Positions 48,043 through 58,073 of a DNA stretch of 64,000 bases are shown here, piece by piece. The position numbers and the translations under genes were made by a program. This stretch comes from Deltaproteobacteria bacterium. Its GTDB lineage: Bacteria > Myxococcota_A > Polyangia > Fen-1088. Below the pieces are notes generated by a model. The model was not told where the DNA came from. It saw only the letters and a list, made by a program, of their open reading frames with translations, and did not search any database. Location: NCBI GenBank assembly GCA_033763315.1, contig JANRKS010000017.1, positions 32,001-96,000 on the forward strand. Reading direction: 5' to 3'. How positions within the stretch are numbered: position 1 is the first letter of the stretch; every line of letters starts with the position of its first letter.

Positions 48043-48537
48043 GTGGCAAAGACTGCGCATGACGAAATCCATACGGCGATCGCTGGTCTGCAGCGGTTGG
48101 CGGATGCGTTTGGCGTGCGGCGCAGCCAGTTGGCGGGGGTGGTTGGCTTAACGGATCACCAGTGGGGTGTGCTGGAGGAGATCGCCACGGAGCACTTCAT
48201 GCCCAGCATGTTTGCGCGCCGGCGCCAAAGTTCGGCCGCGGCTGTTTCGAAGACGTTGCGACAACTGTTGGATAAAGGGCTGATTGCTGCAGAAGTGTCG
48301 AAGGGGGATGGCCGGCAACGCGACTATGTGTTGACAGCCAAGGGAGAGAAGATCATGAGCCGCCTGCGCGAAAGCCGCCAAGGCGCGATTGATGAGATTT
48401 GGGCTGATCTGGATAGGCAAGACTTGAAGGCGTTTGCGCGGTTCTCTGCGCAGTTGGCCGACCGCTTGGAACGATATGCAGAGCGAATTGGGAGCAAGGA
48501 AGACAATGGGAAAGACGCTGTACGAAAAGGTGTTTGA
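48043..48537 (+). CDS. MarR family transcriptional regulator
   Basis: GLT..QW.VL, S.AAVSKTL.QL..KGLI......DGRQR...LT.KG. Confidence 0.9.
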   Translation: MAKTAHDEIHTAIAGLQRLADAFGVRRSQLAGVVGLTDHQWGVLEEIATEHFMPSMFARRRQSSAAAVSKTLRQLLDKGLIAAEVSKGDGRQRDYVLTAKGEKIMSRLRESRQGAIDEIWADLDRQDLKAFARFSAQLADRLERYAERIGSKEDNGKDAVRKGV

Positions 48538-49921
48538 GCGCCACACGGTGGCACGTTTGCCTTCGGGGCAATACCAACTGTTGATGGGCCTGCACCTGAT
48601 TCACGAGGTCACCTCGCCCCAGGCGTTCAGCATGATCGACGAGCGCGGGCTCAAGGTGATGTACCCACAGCGCACGTTCGCGACTGTGGATCACATCGTG
48701 CCCACCACCAGCCAATTGCGGCCGTTCGCGGATTCGTTGGCGGAACAAATGATGGTGCACTTGGAACGCAACGTGAAGAAGCACAACATCCGCTTCTTTG
48801 CGCCGGAGCGCCATGAGCAAGGCATCGTGCACGTGGTTGGCCCTGAGCAAGGCTTAACCCAACCAGGCATGACGATTTGCTGCGGCGATTCTCACACGTC
48901 CACGCACGGCGCGTTTGGCGCGATCGCGTTCGGCATCGGCACATCGCAAGTGCGCGACGTTTTGGCCACGCAAACCTTGGCGATGGGCAAACTCAAAGTG
49001 CGTCGCATCGAGGTCAACGGCAAGTTGCGTCCCGGCGTGTATGCGAAAGATGTGGTGCTCTACATCACCAACAAGCTGGGCGTGAACGGCGGCGTGGGTT
49101 ATGCGTATGAATACGCGGGCGATGTGTTCGACAACTTCACGATGGATGAGCGCATGACTGTGTGCAACATGTCCATCGAAGGCGGCGCACGTTGTGGCTA
49201 CGTCAATCCAGACAACACCACGTACGAATACCTCAAGGGCCGGCCTTACGCGCCCAAAGGTGCTGCGTGGGATAAGGCCGTGGCTGATTGGAACAGCTTG
49301 CGCAGCGATGCGGACGCCGCTTACGACGACGTCGTGAAATACAACGCCGCCGACATCGAGCCGATGGTTACCTGGGGCATCACGCCGGGGCAATCTGTGG
49401 GCGTCAAAGACGCAATCCCTGCGAAGTCTGCGTTCCCCGCGGATGAGCAAGAGTCGGCCGACGAGGCGTACAAGTATATGTCTTTCGACGCGGGGCAACC
49501 CATCGCCGGCACGAAGATCAACGTTGCCTTTATCGGGTCGTGCACCAATGGACGCCTAAGTGACTTCGAAGAAGTGGTGCGTTTGCTCAAGCGCGGTTCA
49601 TTCAAGGTGGCCGAAGGCGTGCGTGCGCTAGTGGTACCTGGCTCACAAACGGTGCAAGCCGAAATGGTGAAGCGTGGATATGACAAGCTGTTCACGGAGG
49701 CAGGCTTTGAGTTCCGCGAAGCGGGCTGCTCGATGTGCTTGGCGATGAATCCCGACAAGCTCAAAGGGCGCGAGGTGTGCGCTTCGTCCTCGAACCGAAA
49801 TTTCAAGGGCCGTCAGGGCTCGCCCACAGGACGTACCTTGTTGATGAGCCCTGCGATGGTGGCGGCGGCCGCGATCAAGGGCGAAGTCACCGACGCGCGG
49901 GAACTGTTTTCGATCTCGTAG
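48506..49921 (+). CDS. leuC: 3-isopropylmalate dehydratase large subunit
   Basis: [48 protein letters not shown]. Confidence 0.97.
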   Translation: MGKTLYEKVFERHTVARLPSGQYQLLMGLHLIHEVTSPQAFSMIDERGLKVMYPQRTFATVDHIVPTTSQLRPFADSLAEQMMVHLERNVKKHNIRFFAPERHEQGIVHVVGPEQGLTQPGMTICCGDSHTSTHGAFGAIAFGIGTSQVRDVLATQTLAMGKLKVRRIEVNGKLRPGVYAKDVVLYITNKLGVNGGVGYAYEYAGDVFDNFTMDERMTVCNMSIEGGARCGYVNPDNTTYEYLKGRPYAPKGAAWDKAVADWNSLRSDADAAYDDVVKYNAADIEPMVTWGITPGQSVGVKDAIPAKSAFPADEQESADEAYKYMSFDAGQPIAGTKINVAFIGSCTNGRLSDFEEVVRLLKRGSFKVAEGVRALVVPGSQTVQAEMVKRGYDKLFTEAGFEFREAGCSMCLAMNPDKLKGREVCASSSNRNFKGRQGSPTGRTLLMSPAMVAAAAIKGEVTDARELFSIS

Positions 49922-49947
49922 TGGTTGCCAGCCAGAAGGATAAGACA

Positions 49948-50562
49948 ATGGAAGACGTGAAACGAACAGTGTTAAGCGGGCACGCGTTGCCCTTGCGTGG
50001 CAACGACATCGACACGGATCGCATCATCCCCGCGCGCTTCTTACGCACGGTCACCTTCGAAGGCCTGGGCGACCACGCCTTTGAGGACGATCGTTTGCAG
50101 CTCAAAGCCGCGGGCAAGACGCACGCCTACGATGAACCGCGGTTTGCGGGCGCGCAGGTGTTGTTGGTGAACAAGAACTTCGGCTGCGGCTCTTCGCGTG
50201 AACACGCCCCACAAGCGATCATGCGGTGGGGCAAGGGCGTCAAGGTCATCATCGGCGAAAGCTTCGCTGAGATTTTCTACGGCAACTGCATCGCGCTTGG
50301 CATCCCGTGCCCGACAGTTTCGGAAGCCACGATTGAGGCGCTGCAATCGGCGGTTGAAGCCGCTGCCTCGCTGCAGGTCACTGTTGATCTCAACAGCAAG
50401 ACGATCACGTGTGGCGACAAGACGTTCCCCTTCGATATGCCGGAGGGGCCGCGCCAACAATTCCTCGAAGGCCGCTGGGATTCCTCCGCTGAACTGTTGG
50501 CCAACGCGAGCAAGATCGCGCAAACAGCGAGCAAGCTCCCCTACTTCAACGACTTTCAATAG
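49948..50562 (+). CDS. leuD: 3-isopropylmalate dehydratase small subunit
   Basis: [33 protein letters not shown]. Confidence 0.97.
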   Translation: MEDVKRTVLSGHALPLRGNDIDTDRIIPARFLRTVTFEGLGDHAFEDDRLQLKAAGKTHAYDEPRFAGAQVLLVNKNFGCGSSREHAPQAIMRWGKGVKVIIGESFAEIFYGNCIALGIPCPTVSEATIEALQSAVEAAASLQVTVDLNSKTITCGDKTFPFDMPEGPRQQFLEGRWDSSAELLANASKIAQTASKLPYFNDFQ

Positions 50563-50578
50563 TCGGCGGCAAGAACGT

Positions 50579-50611
50579 GGTGCGGAGACGCTGCAACGAG
50601 GTCTCTGCACC
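50579..50611. terminator. Hairpin between convergent leuD and kinase genes
   Basis: GGTGCGGAGAC...GTCTCTGCACC. Confidence 0.6.
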
Positions 50612-50613
50612 GT

Positions 50614-52077
50614 TTAGAAGGGATTGTCTCGAATCAGACGCGGGTCTTCTTTGGCAGGTCTTTCGGGCGTGCCTTTCGCCCCGCGCTCACCTTGGCGCTC
50701 GCGGACCGGCCGTTCGGGGAATTTTTCGACGACAGGTGGCTGCGGCGCCTTGGTTGGTGGCGGCACACCTTGCCCGCGAGGCTCGACAATCGGTGCCGCG
50801 GTTGGCTGGACCGGGGCCGATTCGATTGAAGGTTGGGGCAAGCTGACCCTGGGAGCGTGTGCTTTGGTAGCCATGGTCCTGATGATCAAGGCAACCGCGA
50901 CCGCCAAAGTGGCGATGACACCTATCGCCCTCCAAGCGGAGCCCGAACGAGGGCGGGCGAGCTTGCGTCTGACCTCGTCGCCATTTTCTTGAAAACCCAC
51001 TTTGGTGGCAACGTTTGGCAAGTGCGCCGTGGAGCTGGCGAACGGCTGGGCCGAGTTGGGGCTGTACCAGCTCGAGAGGTTGCTGGCCAAAGACGCGAAC
51101 TTTTGCCCGACATCCGCTACCGACGCGGGCCTGCGGCTCACATCTTTTTCGAGACACGACATGACCAGGTGGCGTAGCGGCTCTGAAGCCACCTCACTTG
51201 CCAGGATCGGTGGTGCGTCTTGGGTTAGTAGCTTCGAAACGATTTCGGCATACGTGTTGCCGTCAAATGGCATTCGTCGTGTGAGCGCTTGGTAAAGAAC
51301 GACCCCCATCGCATAGATGTCGGCGCGGTGATCAATTTTTTGCCCCAACGCCTGCTCCGGCGACATGAAATGCGGGGTTCCCATAACAGTGCCCGTCTGG
51401 GTGGCAGAAAGCGGATCGGCTCTGTCAGCTAGCTTTGCGATGCCGAAGTCCAACACCTTCAAGTAGGGCTCGGCGTGCTTTGGGCGCGCCAGCCATAAGT
51501 TTTCAGGCTTGAGGTCGCGATGAACGATGTGCTCCCGGTGAGCGGCCTCCAAGGCGCTACAAGCTTGGGCCGCGATCCACGAGAGTTCACCTGGAGGAAT
51601 GGGACCGGCTTCAAGACGGGCTGCCAACGTCTGGCCCTCCAAGTACTCCATAATGAAGTACTGGCGTCCGTCCTGCAGCTGACCGAATGAGAAGATGTCG
51701 ATGATGTTGCGGTGACCGATCTTGTTTACCGCGCGAGCCTCATCTACAAAGCGGCGCACGAGTTCCGGGTCGAATGACAACGCAGCGGAGAGCACTTTGA
51801 TCGCAACCCGTTTGCCAATCACGGGATGTGACGCCAGATACACGGCGCCCATGCCACCACGGCCGAGGACGCCTTCGACGACGTATTCGGCAACGACAAA
51901 CCCATTGGTCAAATCGGCTCCGGGCGCCAAGACCGGATTTGATTTCGGGTCAGCCGCGGCGGGCATGGGCGTGTGTCCACCGGCGTGGCCCTGCCGCGTG
52001 CTGGACTGCTTGGCGGGAGTGGCTGAACCGCTCCCGTCAAACAGAAGAGTCTCTTCAATACCGGTTTGTTTTGTCAA
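50614..52077 (-). CDS. Hanks-type membrane Ser/Thr protein kinase
   Basis: LGRGGMGAV, VAIK, HRDLKPEN, DFGIAK, GTP.FMSPE; one TM segment; Pro-rich tail ending NPF. Confidence 0.95.
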   Translation of the reverse strand: MTKQTGIEETLLFDGSGSATPAKQSSTRQGHAGGHTPMPAAADPKSNPVLAPGADLTNGFVVAEYVVEGVLGRGGMGAVYLASHPVIGKRVAIKVLSAALSFDPELVRRFVDEARAVNKIGHRNIIDIFSFGQLQDGRQYFIMEYLEGQTLAARLEAGPIPPGELSWIAAQACSALEAAHREHIVHRDLKPENLWLARPKHAEPYLKVLDFGIAKLADRADPLSATQTGTVMGTPHFMSPEQALGQKIDHRADIYAMGVVLYQALTRRMPFDGNTYAEIVSKLLTQDAPPILASEVASEPLRHLVMSCLEKDVSRRPASVADVGQKFASLASNLSSWYSPNSAQPFASSTAHLPNVATKVGFQENGDEVRRKLARPRSGSAWRAIGVIATLAVAVALIIRTMATKAHAPRVSLPQPSIESAPVQPTAAPIVEPRGQGVPPPTKAPQPPVVEKFPERPVRERQGERGAKGTPERPAKEDPRLIRDNPF

Positions 52078-52095
52078 TCGTTTGGTTCGCCCACG

Positions 52096-54069
52096 TTAGT
52101 AGACGATGATCTTATTGTTGGCGGCCTGTATGTACCAACGCTTCGGCGTGTTCAATGTGCCCGTGTACGTACCCGTCGGGAAGGGGCTGTCTGATAGGGT
52201 TGTTTCGCTCACCGTGATGTTGTTCGGGCTCATCGGGCGCGCGTCATAGATGGCGTAGCTGTTTGAGTAAGCGGGATCAGGGTTGAAGGCATTGGCACCG
52301 GGCTGGGCCGCCGTGCCGAGGTCGATGGTCTTCGTTTCAGTGAGGGCGCGCAGGCCATAGTAATAGTAACCCTGAAACTTTGTGTTGCGGAACGTGGCGT
52401 CGCCCGATCGGACATCCACGCTGGTTCCGCCGCCTACAAACGAGCTATCCGTTACGGTGAGCTTCAAACCATTAAAGTCCAGCCCCGTGTAGGATCCGGT
52501 GTTGGGGCGATTGACCGTTGATTTGGTGAAGGTGGCAAGGGTCTTTTCCTTGCCGTCGATGTTCACACCACCGGTGAAAATGACTTTGTTGAAGATCACG
52601 CTGTAGTCGGAGCTGGCACCCGTTGCCGTGAAGGCGATTCCCGTTGCGTCCTTGGCGGCCACCGTGGCGTCCTCAATGTTCACTGCGCCCTTGTCCGCTG
52701 AAAGATAAAACCCCGTGGTCGTTGACGATCCGATCGTGCCTTTGCCCTTCCACGTGAACACCAGGTTCTTTCCGTAAAGGTAAGCGGAGTACGAGCCGGT
52801 TTCGGTGATCGCGCTGTCGTCGCCCGAGAACGAGATTTCAACGTTCTCCCCGTTTTGAACGTAGATACCGTAGTACTGCGCGTTCGAGATCTTGACGTTC
52901 TCAAACGTCAATTTCGCCGGTTTCGTCAGGGAAACACCGTAGCGGAAATAGCTGACGGTGAGGTTCTTGACGGTTAACAAGGCGTTCGGTTGGTTCAGGA
53001 CCAAACCGTCTACCGTGCTTAACCCTACAAGCTTCGTACCAGCTGCACTTTGACCGACGATTGTGACCCCCGACGGAATGGGATCTTTGAAATCCTCACC
53101 GCCATCTTTGTCGTAGGTTCCATCAAGTAACGAAATAGTGTCACCTGCATCCGCGACTGACAGAGCCTTCTTGAAAGTGCGGTAAGGCTCCGCGGTGGTT
53201 CCGCGGTTTGTATCTAGGCCGGTGGGGGATGCCGTGATGGCTGTGACTGAGAGCACCGCTGCTTTGGTTACGACTCCAGACGATGTCTTGAACGACAGGT
53301 CTTTCGGACCGATGGCTGAGCCATGCAGACATGACACCCGAATCGTCACGGAGGTGGCCGTATTGCCGTCCTGAATCGTGGCTCGGCAGTCACCAACCGT
53401 CGGTTCCGTCGCCCCTGCCAAACCGGCGGGCGCTGTAACCGTGATTAGGACACCCAACTCGCCTTGTCGTACCAGAGGCTTGTCGACGATAACGGCATCG
53501 ACGGGGACGGGCGTGTTGATCGCGGCGTCGGCGCCTGTACCAGCGTCAATCCCCTGGCCGCCATCTGCTCCCGGCGCCAAGGCGTCTGTGCCACCGCCGT
53601 CAACCGGAGTCATGACAGGTGGTGTACCGGGCTTCAGCTTGCCCGTGACCGGATCGATTTCGCTTGGATCGGCACAAACGCTTTCCACGCAGCTTTGACC
53701 CTTGGTGCAGTCCACCGACGTCACGCACTGGTTGCGGCACTGAAAGTCCGTGGCGCAGACCAGCGGCTGTTTGCAGTCCGAATTGTATGTGCAGCGTTGT
53801 TCGGCAGGGAGCTGGCACACATTGAAATTCGACGCGTCCTTCACACACCGTTGGCCCAGGGGGCAGTCGCGCGTCTCCTTGCACGCTTCGTGGCAGGTGC
53901 CAAACGAGCATGACAAGGGATTGTTACACTCGCTATTTTGCACGCAGGGTGTACCCGTGGGCGGCGTTGAACTCGAACTGCCACATGAGAAAACCGCCCA
54001 GGCGCCAACGACGGCACCCACAGCAATCGCAATTCGGAGCGTTAGGTTAGCGTTCAAGTTCTGTTTCAC
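52096..54069 (-). CDS. Lipoprotein with four Cys-rich repeats, DUF1565-like motif and right-handed beta-helix
   Basis: VFSC lipobox; four Cx4(D/E)C repeats; G.D.N.GT..EPYRT..KAL..A..GD.I.L..GTY; beta-helix-like strands. Confidence 0.8.
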   Translation of the reverse strand: MKQNLNANLTLRIAIAVGAVVGAWAVFSCGSSSSTPPTGTPCVQNSECNNPLSCSFGTCHEACKETRDCPLGQRCVKDASNFNVCQLPAEQRCTYNSDCKQPLVCATDFQCRNQCVTSVDCTKGQSCVESVCADPSEIDPVTGKLKPGTPPVMTPVDGGGTDALAPGADGGQGIDAGTGADAAINTPVPVDAVIVDKPLVRQGELGVLITVTAPAGLAGATEPTVGDCRATIQDGNTATSVTIRVSCLHGSAIGPKDLSFKTSSGVVTKAAVLSVTAITASPTGLDTNRGTTAEPYRTFKKALSVADAGDTISLLDGTYDKDGGEDFKDPIPSGVTIVGQSAAGTKLVGLSTVDGLVLNQPNALLTVKNLTVSYFRYGVSLTKPAKLTFENVKISNAQYYGIYVQNGENVEISFSGDDSAITETGSYSAYLYGKNLVFTWKGKGTIGSSTTTGFYLSADKGAVNIEDATVAAKDATGIAFTATGASSDYSVIFNKVIFTGGVNIDGKEKTLATFTKSTVNRPNTGSYTGLDFNGLKLTVTDSSFVGGGTSVDVRSGDATFRNTKFQGYYYYGLRALTETKTIDLGTAAQPGANAFNPDPAYSNSYAIYDARPMSPNNITVSETTLSDSPFPTGTYTGTLNTPKRWYIQAANNKIIVY

Positions 54070-54198
54070 GAGAAATTCTCCCCTGGAGGACGTGCTCCAT
54101 CCTCACTGTAAGTTAGGCGGTTTGGGCGGTGTGCCGGCGCATTGTACCCATCGCAAGAACGCAGCGGGCGCAAAAAGTTCCGCCCCCGTTGTAACGTT

Positions 54199-55686
54199 TT
54201 AAAAGCGCCCCTCGGCTCGTAGTCCGGCGAAGCTAGGGGTGACCTCGATGCGGGGCGCCCACGAGAAGCTGGGACCCGTGTCCCGTGCCAACGGGTTACG
54301 CCACAGCAGGATCGCCCCCGCCACCGCGCCGGCCACGCCGACCCCCGCGGCCGCCAAGCCCACCGTTCGTCGCGTGGCTTGGGTGTCAACCTCTTGAGAT
54401 TGTTTGTTGAACTCAGAGATGCACAGGGTGTGGTTGCCGGCGCCCTTGGGATCGCACACAGCTCCTGGCAAGAAGGTCAACTGCGTTGCCTTCAAGGTGT
54501 CTTGCGCATCACCATGACGGGCGTGGGCCACCACCGCCAAGGTGCCCCCCGCAAGAGCTACCACGCCACCCGCAACCAAGGTCGACCATCCCAAGGTCCG
54601 CACCGCGCGCACACGTTCGGCCCTGGCGCTGCGTGTCTGGGCGGTGGGGGCCAAGGATACCTTCACGACGGTGAGCGATTTCACCTCCACCACGCGGTTC
54701 GTAACCTCAAAGCCGCCGCGTTCAACCAACAAGGTGTGCGGACCGAGAGGAAGCTTTATTGGCGCGCGGTAGACGCCCAAATCAACGCCATCCACGCGAA
54801 TGGACGCATCGGGCTCACTGATGTCTAGTGACAACGTCCCTTGTTCTGCGCCGGCTTCGCGATCAAGCAAAAGGGGCATTGCCAGTTCCGCGCTGGCGCC
54901 ATCACCTAACGTGATCTCACGCCTCGCAGTCGCGTAGCCAGGGCGACGCAACTCAACCACCCGTTTGCCCGGCTTCACCGTAAGCGACGAAAGCAAGGGC
55001 GTCACGCCCACACGCTGGTCATCCACAAATACCTCGGCGCCAGGCACAGGCGACCGAACAAAAACGTGTGCCAACGTGACCTCGCTAGGTTCAAGCTCAA
55101 ACGAAACCGACTCTCGCGAACCGCCCGCCAACGTGACTTCTTTGCGCAAAGGCATGTGACCAGCCGCCAAGGCACCCACGAGGTGCGTACCGCTCGAAAC
55201 GCGCACTGTCGTTAAGAGGCCGGGTGAGGTGCTTCGGCCCGCCTCGACGCCGTTGATTTCGATAATCGCGGGGACGTTCGTGGCCACGACCAGTTGGGCA
55301 ACCCGTTTGCTCTGTTCGTCGCGCGTGCGTTTAGCGATCTCGATATTGTTCGCTGAGAGAGGGCCAGGATCGGACAGAACTTTTTCCAATGTGTCTGTGG
55401 CTTCGACCGGGCGGTTCATGGCCGCGTACACGATCCCTATGTTGTAGAGCACCAAGCGGTTCGGAACGAGTAGATAGGTCTTTTTGAACTCGGCCAGGGC
55501 GCCCGCATTGTCGCCTTCATCGAACAACGCGAGGCCACGGTTGAAACGCTCACGTGCCTCCGTTCTCACGTCGGGCGTCTCTTCGGCACCAGCTTGGCTG
55601 GAAGCTAGGCAAGAGGCTGCAAAGGCCAAGAGCTGAAGGCCCAAAAGGAACACGCTGCGAGTTACCAAACGTCTACGTTGGCGCAT
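54199..55686 (-). CDS. Secreted TPR + multiple PEGA domain protein
   Basis: Signal peptide, ARERFNRG..LF..G...AL.EF TPR, PGAEVFVD...VG.TPL PEGA, C-terminus ending EGRF. Start ATG 55686. Confidence 0.88.
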   Translation of the reverse strand: MRQRRRLVTRSVFLLGLQLLAFAASCLASSQAGAEETPDVRTEARERFNRGLALFDEGDNAGALAEFKKTYLLVPNRLVLYNIGIVYAAMNRPVEATDTLEKVLSDPGPLSANNIEIAKRTRDEQSKRVAQLVVATNVPAIIEINGVEAGRSTSPGLLTTVRVSSGTHLVGALAAGHMPLRKEVTLAGGSRESVSFELEPSEVTLAHVFVRSPVPGAEVFVDDQRVGVTPLLSSLTVKPGKRVVELRRPGYATARREITLGDGASAELAMPLLLDREAGAEQGTLSLDISEPDASIRVDGVDLGVYRAPIKLPLGPHTLLVERGGFEVTNRVVEVKSLTVVKVSLAPTAQTRSARAERVRAVRTLGWSTLVAGGVVALAGGTLAVVAHARHGDAQDTLKATQLTFLPGAVCDPKGAGNHTLCISEFNKQSQEVDTQATRRTVGLAAAGVGVAGAVAGAILLWRNPLARDTGPSFSWAPRIEVTPSFAGLRAEGRF

Positions 55687-55814
55687 AGGTGCAAAGTAGC
55701 ACAACTGCCACGACGCCTCTTCGTCACAGAAGCCTTCCGTCGCGTGGGCGTGGCTTCAATCGAAGTGCAGCGCATTTGGTTCCGAAGCCGCCCTTTGCTC
55801 GCTAAGCTGCTCAC

Positions 55815-57212
55815 GTGAGCTTCATCGTGGGGTTGGGTGTGGTGGGGGCGCTGTTGCTGTTCATGGCGCTCAGCTCCTCGTTTCTGCAGAAGATATTTGT
55901 CTCCAGCGCGCTGGTGTATCTGACCGTCGGCGTGGCCGTGGGGCCAGTGGGCCTGGGATGGTTGCGCATCGATCTCGAAGTCGCTGCGCCTTGGCTTGAA
56001 CGGCTGACAGAGGTGGCCGTCACGATTTCCTTGTTTATTAGCGGGTTGAAGCTGCGGGCTCCTATTCGCTCCGCACATTGGCGGGCGGCGTTGATGTTGG
56101 CTGGGCCAGTGATGTTGATGTGCATTTGCGGCGTCGCCGTCTTTGCGCATTTGACCTTGGGCCTTGGGGTGGCGTCCGCCTTGTTGTTGGGGGCGATGTT
56201 GGCGCCCACGGATCCTGTGCTGGCGAGCGCCATCGCCGTGAACAGCGCGTCTGATCTGGATCGCATGCGCTACGGTCTTTCCGGTGAGGCAGGACTTAAC
56301 GACGGCGCGGCATTTCCGTTCGTTGTCCTTGCGCTAATGTGGATGCAGCACGATGGCCCCGGTGCGTGGCTTGGCGTTTGGGCCTTGCACCGTTTGCTGT
56401 GGGCGATACCAGCGGCCTTGGCGCTTGGCTACTTTGCGGGGCGAGGCATCGGGTTGGTGGCGATTGCCACGCGCAAATTTGAGCGATCAAACACGGGCCC
56501 CAATGACTTCCTTGCCTTGGCGCTAATCGCGCTGTCGTATGCGGCCGCCGATCTTATCGGCGCGTGGGGCTTTTTGGCAGCGTTTGCGGCAGGTCTGGGG
56601 TTGCGGCGCGCAGAGCTCCAAGTTGTGAAGGCCTCGCCGCATCCTGAAGCCCACAAAGCTCCGGTGGTGAGCGCGGGCTCTGAGGATTCGGACGCCGGTC
56701 TACTGGACGTCGCTCACCCACCCGCGGAGCGGCTTGTACATCCGGCCGTCGATGCGGATAGATTGGACCAGCCTGCTGTGGCGGCGGGCGCGTTGGTGGC
56801 TGATGTGTTGTCGTTTGGCGATACGGCCGAGCGATTGCTTGAAGTGACTTTGATGGTGATGATCGGTGCTTGCCTTGTGACCCATTGGGACGCGCGCGCT
56901 GTTCCTTTGGCCCTGATGCTGTTTGTGGCGTTACGGCCGATGGCGGCGAACCTATTCTTGCTGGGTTCACCCACAAGCTCGGCGCAACGGACGTTGATGG
57001 CGTGGTTCGGCATCCGCGGGATCGGCAGCCTCTATTACCTGGCCTATGCGCTCAACCACGGCATCGATCGCGGCGACGCGCGCGTGGTGGTGAACCTCAC
57101 CGTGAGCGTGGTGGCCTTGAGCGTCTTGTTGCACGGCGCTTCGTCGCAGCCGCTTTTGCAGTGGTATTCACGCCTTTTGGAAGCCAAGCAACGCAAGCGC
57201 GCGCCGGCCTGA
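55815..57212 (+). CDS. CPA1/NhaP-type cation:proton antiporter
   Basis: LAPTDPVLA, LSGEAGLNDG, WFGIRGIGS.YY and many TM segments. Confidence 0.92.
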   Translation: MSFIVGLGVVGALLLFMALSSSFLQKIFVSSALVYLTVGVAVGPVGLGWLRIDLEVAAPWLERLTEVAVTISLFISGLKLRAPIRSAHWRAALMLAGPVMLMCICGVAVFAHLTLGLGVASALLLGAMLAPTDPVLASAIAVNSASDLDRMRYGLSGEAGLNDGAAFPFVVLALMWMQHDGPGAWLGVWALHRLLWAIPAALALGYFAGRGIGLVAIATRKFERSNTGPNDFLALALIALSYAAADLIGAWGFLAAFAAGLGLRRAELQVVKASPHPEAHKAPVVSAGSEDSDAGLLDVAHPPAERLVHPAVDADRLDQPAVAAGALVADVLSFGDTAERLLEVTLMVMIGACLVTHWDARAVPLALMLFVALRPMAANLFLLGSPTSSAQRTLMAWFGIRGIGSLYYLAYALNHGIDRGDARVVVNLTVSVVALSVLLHGASSQPLLQWYSRLLEAKQRKRAPA

Positions 57213-57228
57213 ACACCGGCCCCGTTTT

Positions 57229-58056
57229 TCAATCCAAAGCCAAACCCGCGAGCGCGGCGCGCACTTCCACGAGCACGTGGCTGTGCAACGCACCATTGGA
57301 CGCCACCAACCCTCGAAGGTTGTGAAGCTCGGGCAGGTCGTAACGCAAAGGGTTTCCATCTAAGTCGGTGAGGAGGCCGCCTGCGGCTTCTAGGATGGCT
57401 TGTGGGCCGCAGGTATCCCAAAGCTTTGTGTGGATGCCCGGGTAAACGAACAAATCGCGCGCGTCTTCGGCGATCAATCCCAGTTTAAGGCCCACGCCTC
57501 CGGTGTTTGTTTCGTCCTTGATATGCAAACGCTCGCGAATCGCATTGATCTTGGGCGATCGGTGCTGCTTCGACGCAACCAAGCGGATGCGCGAAGGATC
57601 CGCCTGCGAGGACACGCGCAGTGGCCGGCGTTGCCCGTCCGATTCAACCCAATGTTCACCGCCCACCACGGCGGCATAAGTTCTGTGCGTGGAAGGCTGG
57701 GCCACCACACCCAGCACAGGACTGCCTTCAATCGCCAGCCCGATCATCACGGCAAAACCGTTTTCGCCGCGGATGAAATCTTTCGTGCCATCGATCGGAT
57801 CCACCATCCAGACCCGGCTGTGGTTGTGTCGGCTGCCGTCGTCTGGCAATTCTTCGGACAAGATGGCGTCGCCGGGAAACGCCGCACGCAGGTGAGCGAC
57901 GATCAGCGCATTGGCGCGGCGGTCGGCCTCCGTGACCGGCTCATCACCGTCTTTCCATTCGACGTTGATCTGGTTGCCGCGGTACGCGCGCACGAGATCA
58001 GCTGCGGCGATCGCGATGTTGTAGGCGGTCTGCAATTCGTGGGCAAGGCGACTCAC
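57229..58056 (-). CDS. cysQ: 3'(2'),5'-bisphosphate nucleotidase (inositol monophosphatase family)
   Basis: PVTEAD, ILSEE, W.VDPIDGTKDF, WDT. Confidence 0.88.
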   Translation of the reverse strand: MSRLAHELQTAYNIAIAAADLVRAYRGNQINVEWKDGDEPVTEADRRANALIVAHLRAAFPGDAILSEELPDDGSRHNHSRVWMVDPIDGTKDFIRGENGFAVMIGLAIEGSPVLGVVAQPSTHRTYAAVVGGEHWVESDGQRRPLRVSSQADPSRIRLVASKQHRSPKINAIRERLHIKDETNTGGVGLKLGLIAEDARDLFVYPGIHTKLWDTCGPQAILEAAGGLLTDLDGNPLRYDLPELHNLRGLVASNGALHSHVLVEVRAALAGLALD

Positions 58057-58073
58057 ACAACAAAACTAGCACG

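Noticed and set aside
50614-55686. Possible horizontally acquired island (composition looked slightly different)
   Set aside because: No integrase, tRNA or flanking repeats; composition could not be computed, and such genes are typical of myxobacteria.
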